Of a stretch of 64,000 bases of DNA, positions 38,029 through 47,002 are shown piece by piece. Under the pieces are notes generated by a model, which saw only the letters and a program-made list of their open reading frames with translations, was not told where the DNA came from and searched no databases. This DNA is from a virus. A program made the translations under genes and the position numbers. The stretch lies in IMG/VR virus record IMGVR_UViG_3300001505_000001; one strand, 5' to 3'. Positions within the stretch are counted from its first letter, which is position 1. Each line of letters begins with the position of its first letter.

Positions 38029-38607
38029 TTATAATTCTTTAATATCTCCTTCTTCAACATAACAAAAACTAATTAAATAAGAATCGTTTTCATCGTCTTC
38101 ATCAACAAACAAATAAGATGTTTTGTCAATATTTTCTAGGATTAATTCTCTTTCAATTGATTCCCCTTTGTAGCTTGATAAGAAATATCTTTCTCCTTCA
38201 TAAAGATTTAAAGGGTTGTCATCACTAATACTACCTACTACTTTTACAATATCTCTAACATCTTCTAATTCTGCGACAAATAGATTTTCTGCTGCATGTA
38301 CTAAATACTCTCCGTCTACATTAATAACACAGCCTCTATCGCCTTTCTTAAAATTATTTTTATCGTCGAAAGCAAAGAAAAAGTGTGTTGGTATAATACT
38401 GTCAAAATCATCTAAAAATTCTACTACATCATGTTCTTTAATATTTTGTGTACTAGTATCACAGTTGTTATTAGTAGTTACATTGTCATAATCAGAAATG
38501 GTTAAAACATTTGATTCTTTTAAATCTTTGTTATTCTCAATAAATTCTTTTATTTCTTCAATCGTTCCTTCTAATTCTACTCCATCATCTAAAATAAGTT
38601 TTGCCAT
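38029..38607 (-). CDS. Highly acidic protein (paralog B)
   Basis: 192 aa; GVELEGTIEEIKEF N-terminal motif; SYLFVDEDDEND segment matches SYLFIEEETRN of paralog A. Confidence 0.4.
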   Translation of the reverse strand: MAKLILDDGVELEGTIEEIKEFIENNKDLKESNVLTISDYDNVTTNNNCDTSTQNIKEHDVVEFLDDFDSIIPTHFFFAFDDKNNFKKGDRGCVINVDGEYLVHAAENLFVAELEDVRDIVKVVGSISDDNPLNLYEGERYFLSSYKGESIERELILENIDKTSYLFVDEDDENDSYLISFCYVEEGDIKEL

Positions 38608-38687
38608 AAATAATCTCTCCTAATGATTTATTTTTTATTACATATACAATATATCATATCAGTATACGTATTGTCAATAATATATAA

Positions 38688-39302
38688 TTAATTTCCTAAT
38701 TTTTCTAATTCGTCTTTAACTTCTTCCCAAGACATAAACCCTTTTCCATTTGTCAATTCTAGTATAACGCCATATAAAAATTGATTAAATGAAACTTCTG
38801 TCCTATAAGGGTCACTATAAACATGACCATTACCTTCTCGAATATCAGAAGAATAGATAAGTACAGGTTTATCAATAATTTTTTGCTGTTCTTTAATTTC
38901 ATCTTCTAATGTTTCAGCCACTTCTGTAATATTACCTTCCACATCACAATAATTAATATCTAAAATCTCTTTCAATCTATCAATTGTAATTTGTGCTTGC
39001 CTTTTCATACCAAGTAAAATACTTAATTCTGAAATTGTGCCAGTAGCATGATTTAGTATATCGAATGTAAAAATGTCACACTCTAGCATTGCATTATAAT
39101 CATTATTTAATATTCTTTCAGCTAATCCTTCTTGTACAGCTTTAGATTTATCATTAATTGATTTATCATCACTAGGAGAATATGCTTCAATGCCGACAAT
39201 CCCATTTAATTCATCACGTTGTTTATTTCTGTATTCCACCATAGGTGTAGAGAGCAAGTCTCCTCCAAGATATATTTTTTTATCTTTAATCTCATTTACC
39301 AT
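38688..39302 (-). CDS. Nucleoside 2-deoxyribosyltransferase (NDT)-like protein
   Basis: KIYLGGDL start (the NDT IYFAG/IYLAG motif) and GTISELSILLGM (the GxxxELGyA catalytic-Glu motif). Confidence 0.45.
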   Translation of the reverse strand: MVNEIKDKKIYLGGDLLSTPMVEYRNKQRDELNGIVGIEAYSPSDDKSINDKSKAVQEGLAERILNNDYNAMLECDIFTFDILNHATGTISELSILLGMKRQAQITIDRLKEILDINYCDVEGNITEVAETLEDEIKEQQKIIDKPVLIYSSDIREGNGHVYSDPYRTEVSFNQFLYGVILELTNGKGFMSWEEVKDELEKLGN

Positions 39303-39315
39303 ATTTTATTCTCCT

Positions 39316-39576
39316 TTATAAATATTTTCTTGTATACTCTGAATACTCGTTTGCTTCTTTTACTCTAGGATATTTTACAATACTAAAAGCAATAATACCT
39401 AAAGCCACTATAGGACTAATACATAACAATCCTATTGTACCTACAGTTGTCTGTAAAAAGAAACCAATACTCTTAATTACACACCAACCAACAATTAAAG
39501 ACAGTGTTATCCCAACAATCCATAATAATTTACTCCAAAAATTACCTTTTTGAAAACTGTATGATAGTTTTTTCAT
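39316..39576 (-). CDS. Small membrane protein
   Basis: 86 aa, two TM helices. Confidence 0.4.
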   Translation of the reverse strand: MKKLSYSFQKGNFWSKLLWIVGITLSLIVGWCVIKSIGFFLQTTVGTIGLLCISPIVALGIIAFSIVKYPRVKEANEYSEYTRKYL

Positions 39577-39627
39577 AATTTTATTCTCCTTTATTATTTA
39601 TATGCTAACTATAACACTTTGATATAT

Positions 39628-39656
39628 ATTATATATTAATAAATAGAATTTGTCAA
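39628..39656 (-). promoter_or_regulatory. Consensus sigma-A promoter TTGACA-17-TATAAT
   Basis: Minus strand reads TTGACAaattctatttattaataTATAAT. Confidence 0.55.
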
Positions 39657-39663
39657 CTATTTT

Positions 39664-40170
39664 CTATAAAAAATCTTCATCTATTTCATCTGTAATTTTC
39701 TTATATGTTCTTTTGCTCTTAATGTTCCAAATTGTCTGATTAGATATATTATACTCTTTAGATATTTCTGATACTCCTCGTTCATCTAAATATATATCTA
39801 TAACATCTAACCTTTCTACTCTTTTATATTTGTTATCTTTATTTTCTAAGTATGATGTTATATTGTTATAATGTATACCTTTTTTAATACGCCATACAGT
39901 TGTTCTATTTACATTATATTTCTTAGCAATATTGTTAACAGATTCATTACATTTAAAAATATTAATAACAGTTTGTTTAGGTATCTTTGGCTCATAGTTG
40001 TATTTATTTCTAATAGGTTTTTTTAGACCTCCTGTTACTTTTATATGTGATTTTCTATTCATTATATCACTAATATGTGAAATAGACACATTATATTGTT
40101 TTGCTAACTCTTTTTGTGTTTTAGTGCTTATATATATTTGTTTAACTTCTTCTTGTGTTAGTTTATTCAT
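39664..40170 (-). CDS. DNA-binding protein with three tandem helix-turn-helix modules
   Basis: Three repeats of about 50 aa, each K.E.AK.YNVS/NR.TI..I; basic; sigma-70 region-4 / resolvase-HTH-like. Confidence 0.45.
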   Translation of the reverse strand: MNKLTQEEVKQIYISTKTQKELAKQYNVSISHISDIMNRKSHIKVTGGLKKPIRNKYNYEPKIPKQTVINIFKCNESVNNIAKKYNVNRTTVWRIKKGIHYNNITSYLENKDNKYKRVERLDVIDIYLDERGVSEISKEYNISNQTIWNIKSKRTYKKITDEIDEDFL

Positions 40171-40242
40171 AATAAAAACCTCCCTGTATGATATATTGTA
40201 TAACAGGGAGATATAAATGTCAATATACTTTTTTAATGTTTT

Positions 40243-40998
40243 TTATTTCCAATTAAAATTATCTGCAAACTGTGCTATTTTACTTCTAAAGTTAGTTGTA
40301 AAGTGGTGGTATGCTGCACCTTGATAGTCTTCTGATTTAAAATAATTTACATAAGGCTCAAATCCCGATTTACTATTTTGTTTTAAATCAATCTGTCTAT
40401 AGTTACCTTCAACAATACATTTAGAATTAGAATGTAATCTTGTTAAAACTTTCTTTAACTCAGAACGTTTGAAATTCTGCGCTTCATTTATAACTACTGT
40501 AACGTTTTTTAAATTTCCACCACGTAAAAATAAATGAGATATTTGAGACACCCAGCAATCTAACAATTTATTTTCTTCATGGTTTTCATCCATTAACAAC
40601 ATTTCCGTTATGACTTGCTCTGGAACCATATTTAATTCTGTAATAGCATCGTGCAATCCCATAAAATATGCCATTTCTTTTTCTGTTTGATTTCCTGGTC
40701 TGCTACCTAAATCTTCTGAAACTGGTGCAATAATAAACACTAATTTCTTACCTTTGTTTAGCCAATCTGCATAAGCACATGCAACACTACACATGGTCTT
40801 CCCTGTACCTGCTGGACTTTCGTTAAACAAAATCTCTATATCATCATTAAAAAAGTCTTCACAAAATTGTAATTGTTCTTGTGTAGCCTTATTTAAAAAA
40901 TCATCAAATACTGTATGTTCTAGCATGTTGTATTGTACTAACGGAAAATTTTGTAATTTATATTTTAACTCTTTATCCATTTTTGCCAAAGTTATCAT
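40243..40998 (-). CDS. phoH: PhoH-like ATPase
   Basis: Walker A SPAGTGKT and Walker B/DE region VVINEAQN, typical of PhoH family proteins common in phages. Confidence 0.6.
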   Translation of the reverse strand: MITLAKMDKELKYKLQNFPLVQYNMLEHTVFDDFLNKATQEQLQFCEDFFNDDIEILFNESPAGTGKTMCSVACAYADWLNKGKKLVFIIAPVSEDLGSRPGNQTEKEMAYFMGLHDAITELNMVPEQVITEMLLMDENHEENKLLDCWVSQISHLFLRGGNLKNVTVVINEAQNFKRSELKKVLTRLHSNSKCIVEGNYRQIDLKQNSKSGFEPYVNYFKSEDYQGAAYHHFTTNFRSKIAQFADNFNWK

Positions 40999-41529
40999 CC
41001 TTTATATATGTTCTCATAATAGTATACATTGAGAGCAATAGCATCTGCTACGTCATCAAGTAACTTACCTCTTTCTGTGTATATTTCTGGCATATCACTT
41101 GAAAAATAAGCCTTTAAAAATTCTGCTACTATTTCTTTTTTATTGAATTGTTTTAACTCTTCTTTTGTATAAAAACATTTATTAATTAAATACTTTTTAC
41201 AATATGCTTTTAATGTCGCATTATGAATATCTATAGCTTCACTGTTATTATTATATAAGTAATATTCAAGTATCGCATGTGAATATAGTACATTTTGCGC
41301 TGTTGCAGAACGTCCAACAAATGGCTCTTCTTTACATATAACATTTGGATTATAATTGTCTATTTTTGATATTATATCTGATATATGTCTATCTATGCGT
41401 TCTATTGTATCTTTTTTCTTGTCTGAAACCATTAATTCACACAATAAAACATTGATTTTACTAGAACTGTATTCAGCGACACAAATGCCTGTCTTAGCGA
41501 AATGAATAGTCTAAACTTACAACAATCAT
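40995..41529 (-). CDS. RuvC-like Holliday junction resolvase with an N-terminal +1 frameshift
   Basis: Strong RBS GGAGGAG followed by ATG at 41529 gives MIVVSLDYSF then a stop. The +1 frame continues (F)AKTGICVAEY... to a RuvC-like C-terminus LDDVADAIALNVYY. The track ORF (40995..41444) starts at an internal TTG and lacks the first catalytic Asp. Confidence 0.5.
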
Positions 41530-41568
41530 GGTAGACTTCTCCTCCCTGTCTATAATTTTCCAAAACTT

Positions 41569-41802
41569 TTATTTATAAAACACATCATATCCTACAATAA
41601 ATTTAGGAACTATTATTGAATACCCCTCTTCATTTCTATGTGGTATCTTAATAAGGTTATGTCTATTTTCCAAACCTTTTTCTATTTTGTCCAATACTTC
41701 TTTTAAAGGCGTACTAGTAAATTCATTAGTAATACATAGTATTCCACCATCTTTAAAATTTGCACAATCTGTTATTACAATTATTGCTTTTATCTTATCC
41801 AT
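41569..41802 (-). CDS. Hypothetical protein
   Basis: 77 aa. Confidence 0.35.
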   Translation of the reverse strand: MDKIKAIIVITDCANFKDGGILCITNEFTSTPLKEVLDKIEKGLENRHNLIKIPHRNEEGYSIIVPKFIVGYDVFYK

Positions 41803-41819
41803 TATTACTTCTCCCCTTT

Positions 41820-42059
41820 TTATAAATCCTCATTATTTTTTATTTCCTTAAGCGTTGAATTTACTATAATTTCAGTATAATTTTTTACTATAAAGATAGT
41901 ATAAACAATAAATGTTACCAACCAAATATTAATATCTCCTTTAAATAACAAATTTACTAGCCACATAAAACCAAAAATAAAAAAGAATGATACGATTTGG
42001 TGGATTATTGTCACTACATAAGCAAATAATTTAATTACTTTAAATCTTGTATCTTCCAA
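41820..42059 (-). CDS. Small membrane protein
   Basis: 79 aa, two TM helices. Confidence 0.4.
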   Translation of the reverse strand: MEDTRFKVIKLFAYVVTIIHQIVSFFFIFGFMWLVNLLFKGDINIWLVTFIVYTIFIVKNYTEIIVNSTLKEIKNNEDL

Positions 42060-42085
42060 TGTTATTTCTCCTTTTTAAAAATTTA

Positions 42086-42103
42086 AAGGGGAAATATCCC
42101 CTT
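42086..42103 (-). terminator. Terminator hairpin aagggga-aata-tcccctt after the AAA+ gene
   Basis: 7-bp GC-rich stem; a T-rich tract follows on the minus strand. Confidence 0.45.
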
Positions 42104-42105
42104 GT

Positions 42106-43215
42106 TTAAACTTTAATCGCATATTCATCTTGTTCTGCAATTGGCTCCATAATAATATATTCAATCTTTACGTCGTTGTTTATTGTTTCCCAATCAGAAA
42201 TTAAATCTTTTTTCAACTGGATTTCTGATAATCTATGTTCTGGATTTCTAATAATCAATCCATTATTCAATTCTTCTAATTTTGTATAATCTAATTCTAA
42301 AGAATCTACTTCTAAATCATAAAATTCTTTCCCAATCTTATCTGGTTTGGCACTAAAAGTAGCGTCAAAGACTTCTTTTTCATCAAGCAAGTTTAAGTAT
42401 ACTTTATCAGTATATACCTTATCATCTCCTTTAGCCTTAGCTGTTAAGGTATATGATTGTCCTTCATCAGTGTTTATAATGTTTAAGTCTTGTAGAGCAT
42501 TTTTTAGAGCTGTGCCTGTATTTAACTCAAAAGCAATCGCTCTCAAATAATCATAGTTTAATTTCATGCGTTTTGATAATAGCACAGCCTTATCAATTTG
42601 TTCTTTATATTTACTATCAACCTTATCTTCTAAATATTCTCTAACTTCTTGAGGGCTTGGATATGAAAAACGAAAATGATAATGGAATCTTCCTGGTCTG
42701 TTAACCATAAATTCACTAAGTTTGTTAACATGATTAATTGTAATTGCATATAATTTTTTCTTAGTTGAATAACCGTCAAATAAACTTAATAATTTATCTT
42801 GTTCACTAAACACCTTCTCAAACTCATCAAATAATACTAAACATTCTTGGTCAATACTATCTAAGAAATATGACAAGTTTGGAGTTTCTTTATTTACAAT
42901 TAAAACAGGATAACCTTCTTTAAGCGCCCTTTGTGATAATAGTTTAGTGAATAATGATTTTCCAATACCTTTATCTCCAGACAAGATAATTCCCATAGAG
43001 CGCTCAAATAATTTATAAGAATCCATAATTTTGTCAAGTTTATCGGTATTTTTCCCATAAATTTTTTCAGTAATGTCAAAATTATCTACTTTAACTAATG
43101 AATAACCACTCATTGGGTCAAAATTTACTCTATAAGTTTGTAATGGTAATTCTTTATGAGTTTTAATTTCATCTGCAAAAATTTCAAATTGTTTTCCATG
43201 TTCAATAATATTCAT
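42106..43215 (-). CDS. AAA+ ATPase
   Basis: Walker A GDKGIGKS and Walker B LVLFDEFEK. Confidence 0.5.
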   Translation of the reverse strand: MNIIEHGKQFEIFADEIKTHKELPLQTYRVNFDPMSGYSLVKVDNFDITEKIYGKNTDKLDKIMDSYKLFERSMGIILSGDKGIGKSLFTKLLSQRALKEGYPVLIVNKETPNLSYFLDSIDQECLVLFDEFEKVFSEQDKLLSLFDGYSTKKKLYAITINHVNKLSEFMVNRPGRFHYHFRFSYPSPQEVREYLEDKVDSKYKEQIDKAVLLSKRMKLNYDYLRAIAFELNTGTALKNALQDLNIINTDEGQSYTLTAKAKGDDKVYTDKVYLNLLDEKEVFDATFSAKPDKIGKEFYDLEVDSLELDYTKLEELNNGLIIRNPEHRLSEIQLKKDLISDWETINNDVKIEYIIMEPIAEQDEYAIKV

Positions 43216-43261
43216 AATAATTATTTTCTCCTTCTTGATTGATATTTTTTATTACATATAC

Positions 43262-43291
43262 ATAATATCATGTGTTGTGTAGTGTTGTCAA
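43262..43291 (-). promoter_or_regulatory. Promoter TTGACA-18-TATTAT
   Basis: Minus strand reads TTGACAacactacacaacacatgaTATTAT. Confidence 0.4.
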
Positions 43292-43297
43292 TATACT

Positions 43298-43726
43298 TTA
43301 TGATATTGTTTTAAAAAATATATCGTCATTATTTAATGTATAAAGTATTGTAGTATTTTTCACACTCGTACACATCTTTACTTCTTCACGATGGGTATGA
43401 TATGAAAATTCCAAATCCTTATATATTGCTTTACCATATCTATGCAAAGAAGTTGATTCTATATTATCAATATTTATAAACAGACCATTAATATTGATAT
43501 AACCTTTTGTCTTAGATTTTTCAAATTCTTCTTGGTATTTATCAAAATATATAAATTCAGTTTTACCAGAAACCATATTAATTTCTATCTTTTTATTATC
43601 TTCTATAAAGTTCACATCTTCTAATTTTATTCGTTTAGGATATTTTCGTGTTCTTTTATATATAGATATATTCATAAATGAGGGGATAATAAAACACGAT
43701 GCTATTAATGCTAAAATTATACCCAT
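43298..43726 (-). CDS. Membrane-anchored hypothetical protein
   Basis: 142 aa with N-terminal TM. Confidence 0.35.
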   Translation of the reverse strand: MGIILALIASCFIIPSFMNISIYKRTRKYPKRIKLEDVNFIEDNKKIEINMVSGKTEFIYFDKYQEEFEKSKTKGYININGLFINIDNIESTSLHRYGKAIYKDLEFSYHTHREEVKMCTSVKNTTILYTLNNDDIFFKTIS

Positions 43727-45465
43727 TAAAAATCAATCCCCCACTCATTAGCAATAGTTATGTCATCTTCGTTTTCCAAAAACTCATAATCTTTAATTAC
43801 AATTTGAGATTGCTGCTTGTTACCAAAGTAGTTTATACGTGGCTCTCCTACAATATTCATTGTGATTTTATTATTTACAATGTGATTATCAATAATATTT
43901 TTAATGTCTTCTGGTGCATTGAATAAAATAAATGTTACATTATTATCAAAGAAAGATAGCACAGAACCTCTTATATTGATACAAGCCTTATTAAACGTAA
44001 TTTCTTCATAACCAAATAAAGGATATACTACGTCTCCTCCTAGCACGTCTTTTTCTAACTCTACTCTAATAATATCTTGTTCATTAGGTCTGTTAGTTAA
44101 AACATCAACCTCATATACGTTAGATGTTTTAAACTTATATTCTTCTATATATTCATATAGACTGTTTAAATATCCTTTTGGAATACTAAAACCAGCTGCT
44201 TGACTATGACCTTGTACAAAATAAAATAATTCACTTTTTGCTAGAATAGACTTAAAGTCTATATTTTGTGCTCTTATAGAACCAGAAAAATAATCATTTT
44301 TAAATTTACCAACCATCACTGGCTTTCTATATTTGTCTGCTAGTTTCATAGCAACTAAACCATTAATAGATGATGGAGAATTGTCATCAGATACAGCTAC
44401 GATAATTTTTTCGTTATATAAAAATTCAATATTCTTAATAGCATCTTTAACAATCTTGTCTTGTTTAGTTTTAATACTTTCACATTGTTTTGCTACAATT
44501 TCTGGTAATGTCATTTCTGTAGGAATCTTATCAAACTTGCCAGTTTTTCTGTTTTTCTTTCTAACCTCAATTGTTTCAGTTTCTTTTGAATCTGTAATCA
44601 TAGCTTCAAATAACCTTTGCTTCTCTTCTAGTGTACCAATACGAGTAACAGCATTAATCATTGATATAATACTGAAAGACCAGTCTCTTGTCGTTGGATT
44701 ATCAATTCCTTTACGTTCCATTACTGCTTTAATAAATGGGTTGTTTATATTTCTTACTCCTGTATATGTTAAGTATCTAATTTCTGGGTCAGCAATATTA
44801 CTAACATCCCCAGTTTGACCTAGAGTAACCAAGTCTAAATATTTATCAACCAATTCTTTGGAGTATATTTTATTATTAAAATTAAAACGATACAATGCAC
44901 ATTTACAGAACAAATAAACCATTCCTACACCAGTAAAATTTTTATTAATATCAGAAATAATTTGATTATTAAAAACATTTTCGTGAACATTTTTAACATT
45001 GATTTCGTGGTGGTCTAACACCAGTGTTTCAATATTCTCTGAATTAAGTTCTTCTAATTGTTTTGTATCGTTTGAAGCAGCGTCGGGTATTACTACTAAC
45101 GTAGAATCATTACTCATATTTTTTAGTTCTGTCATTACTTCGGTAGTTAATCCATGTGTTTTACCGTCTGGAATCATAAAATTAATATTGTCGTACTCTA
45201 AATCATTTTTAATAAATCTATATAATAATGCCGAAGCTGAAAAGCCGTCCATATCTTGGTCAATTAAAATTATAATATTTTTATTTTCTTTTAAAGCATT
45301 GTGTAATATGTTTGTTGCTTGAGAAAACTCTTCTGGAATATTTTTCATAATAGTTAACATTCTTTTATCTGGATTCTTATGATATTCTAAATCACTAACC
45401 CCACCTCTAATCAGAATATCATCTATTAAATCTCCAGTAATACTTTCCTTTAATTCAAATTCCAT
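43726..45465 (-). CDS. DHH/DHHA1 family phosphoesterase (RecJ-like exonuclease or oligoribonuclease-type)
   Basis: DHH motifs IDQDMDG, VLDHHEINV and the DHHA1 GGH-type motif QGHSQAAGFS. Confidence 0.5.
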   Translation of the reverse strand: MEFELKESITGDLIDDILIRGGVSDLEYHKNPDKRMLTIMKNIPEEFSQATNILHNALKENKNIIILIDQDMDGFSASALLYRFIKNDLEYDNINFMIPDGKTHGLTTEVMTELKNMSNDSTLVVIPDAASNDTKQLEELNSENIETLVLDHHEINVKNVHENVFNNQIISDINKNFTGVGMVYLFCKCALYRFNFNNKIYSKELVDKYLDLVTLGQTGDVSNIADPEIRYLTYTGVRNINNPFIKAVMERKGIDNPTTRDWSFSIISMINAVTRIGTLEEKQRLFEAMITDSKETETIEVRKKNRKTGKFDKIPTEMTLPEIVAKQCESIKTKQDKIVKDAIKNIEFLYNEKIIVAVSDDNSPSSINGLVAMKLADKYRKPVMVGKFKNDYFSGSIRAQNIDFKSILAKSELFYFVQGHSQAAGFSIPKGYLNSLYEYIEEYKFKTSNVYEVDVLTNRPNEQDIIRVELEKDVLGGDVVYPLFGYEEITFNKACINIRGSVLSFFDNNVTFILFNAPEDIKNIIDNHIVNNKITMNIVGEPRINYFGNKQQSQIVIKDYEFLENEDDITIANEWGIDF

Positions 45466-45476
45466 ATAATCTCTCC

Positions 45477-45932
45477 TTATTTAATATTATTATTTTCCCA
45501 TAAATCCATAGCTCTGTTTACTTCAAAATCAGCCATTTCATTAAGTTCGTCTCCATTGTGCCCTTTAACTTTGACATATTTAACATTCATTTCTTTATCT
45601 AACTCAATTAATTCTTGCCATAGTTCTTTGTTTTTTACAGGTTCTTTCTTAGAGTTTAACCATTTATTTAATACCCATTTATCAAACCATCTTTGATTCA
45701 TTCCGTTTACACAATATGCACTATCTGATAATATCCCAATCTCTTCATTAGGAAAATTATTTTTTGCATATTTTAAAGCCTCAATAATTGCTTTTAATTC
45801 CATTTTTTGATTAGTTGTCCCTTCTTCTGTACCAAAATCTACTATAGAAATATCTCCTTCAACTACAAAAGCCCAAGCTCCAATATTAGTTGAAGAACGA
45901 TAACCTCCATCTGTAGCTATAAAACGTATCAT
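45477..45932 (-). CDS. Ribonuclease H (RNase HI type)
   Basis: TDGGYR...GAWAFVV...MELKAIIEAL...SDSAY...VKGHNGDELNEMAD matches the RNase H catalytic DEDD pattern. Confidence 0.6.
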   Translation of the reverse strand: MIRFIATDGGYRSSTNIGAWAFVVEGDISIVDFGTEEGTTNQKMELKAIIEALKYAKNNFPNEEIGILSDSAYCVNGMNQRWFDKWVLNKWLNSKKEPVKNKELWQELIELDKEMNVKYVKVKGHNGDELNEMADFEVNRAMDLWENNNIK

Positions 45933-45944
45933 AAAAATCTCTCC

Positions 45945-46991
45945 TTATCTAATTAAACTTATTCTATTTTTAAACAATTCTAACCAAATACTCTTTCCTC
46001 TATCTGTGGGGGAATCCTTCATATCTAACAATCCTTTTTTATCCCATATTACACTAACTGAAAAATATGGTTTCAATTTATTGGCTATTGTTTTTTCAAC
46101 TTTTTCTGCATAATATTTTTCCAATGTATCTCCTATATTTTCAAATTCCTTATCAACAGCAATAATAACTTCTTCAATTGGTAAATTCTTTATTAAATTT
46201 AATTGTCTATCACTAAAAGCACTACCAGACATACATACACCTATACCATGTCCATTATAAAAACTATCTAATTGTAATACAGATTTCTCAGATTCAAATA
46301 AAACAAGTTTTTTTGTAGACATTATATTATCCATGTTTTCATATAAACCATATAAAGTAGCTCCCGTAGGGTGGTTAAGAAAAACATTTTTTTGTTTTAC
46401 AGGTGTGTACTTTAATCCTTTATCCACAAGCAATGGGTCAAGATTTCTTGCCCTTACACCAACAATATATCCATCTTCATTTCTATGTGGTATTATTATT
46501 TGTTTATTTTCTATAGACATTTTAATATCAAACTTTTTCATTGTGCTAGGCATGATTCCTTCTTTTACCCAAGATATATGATATTTGTCGTCGTATCTAT
46601 TCAAAACACTGTCAGATAAAGTTTTTAATGGCTCATAATAAATTACTTTATTAAATTTATTAAAGAAAGATAAATCTATTATATCATCATAATTATATTC
46701 TATCAATTCATCTTCATAACCAAAATAATCTTTAATATATTTAAATGCTTCTGAAAATTCAATGTTTTTTAATTTTTGGATTAATTCAAATATATCCATA
46801 GAACCACAATTAGTGTAACAATGTATCATTTTAGTATCATCATAATAATACATTTTATGTGAATGACCATTATGACAAATCGTACGTGCTATTATTTGAC
46901 CATTCTGTTCATAAGGTTCAGCACCTAACTGTGTTAGGAGGGTTATTATATCATTAGGACTAAGCTGTTCCTTTAGGCTTTGAGCATCCAA
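45945..46991 (-). CDS. DnaG-like DNA primase
   Basis: N-terminal CHC2 zinc finger (CHNGHSHKMYYYDDTKMIHCYTNCGSMDIFE); TOPRIM-like acidic residues (EEVIIAVDKE); adjacent to the helicase gene. Confidence 0.55.
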   Translation of the reverse strand: MDAQSLKEQLSPNDIITLLTQLGAEPYEQNGQIIARTICHNGHSHKMYYYDDTKMIHCYTNCGSMDIFELIQKLKNIEFSEAFKYIKDYFGYEDELIEYNYDDIIDLSFFNKFNKVIYYEPLKTLSDSVLNRYDDKYHISWVKEGIMPSTMKKFDIKMSIENKQIIIPHRNEDGYIVGVRARNLDPLLVDKGLKYTPVKQKNVFLNHPTGATLYGLYENMDNIMSTKKLVLFESEKSVLQLDSFYNGHGIGVCMSGSAFSDRQLNLIKNLPIEEVIIAVDKEFENIGDTLEKYYAEKVEKTIANKLKPYFSVSVIWDKKGLLDMKDSPTDRGKSIWLELFKNRISLIR

Positions 46992-47002
46992 AACAATCCC
47001 CC

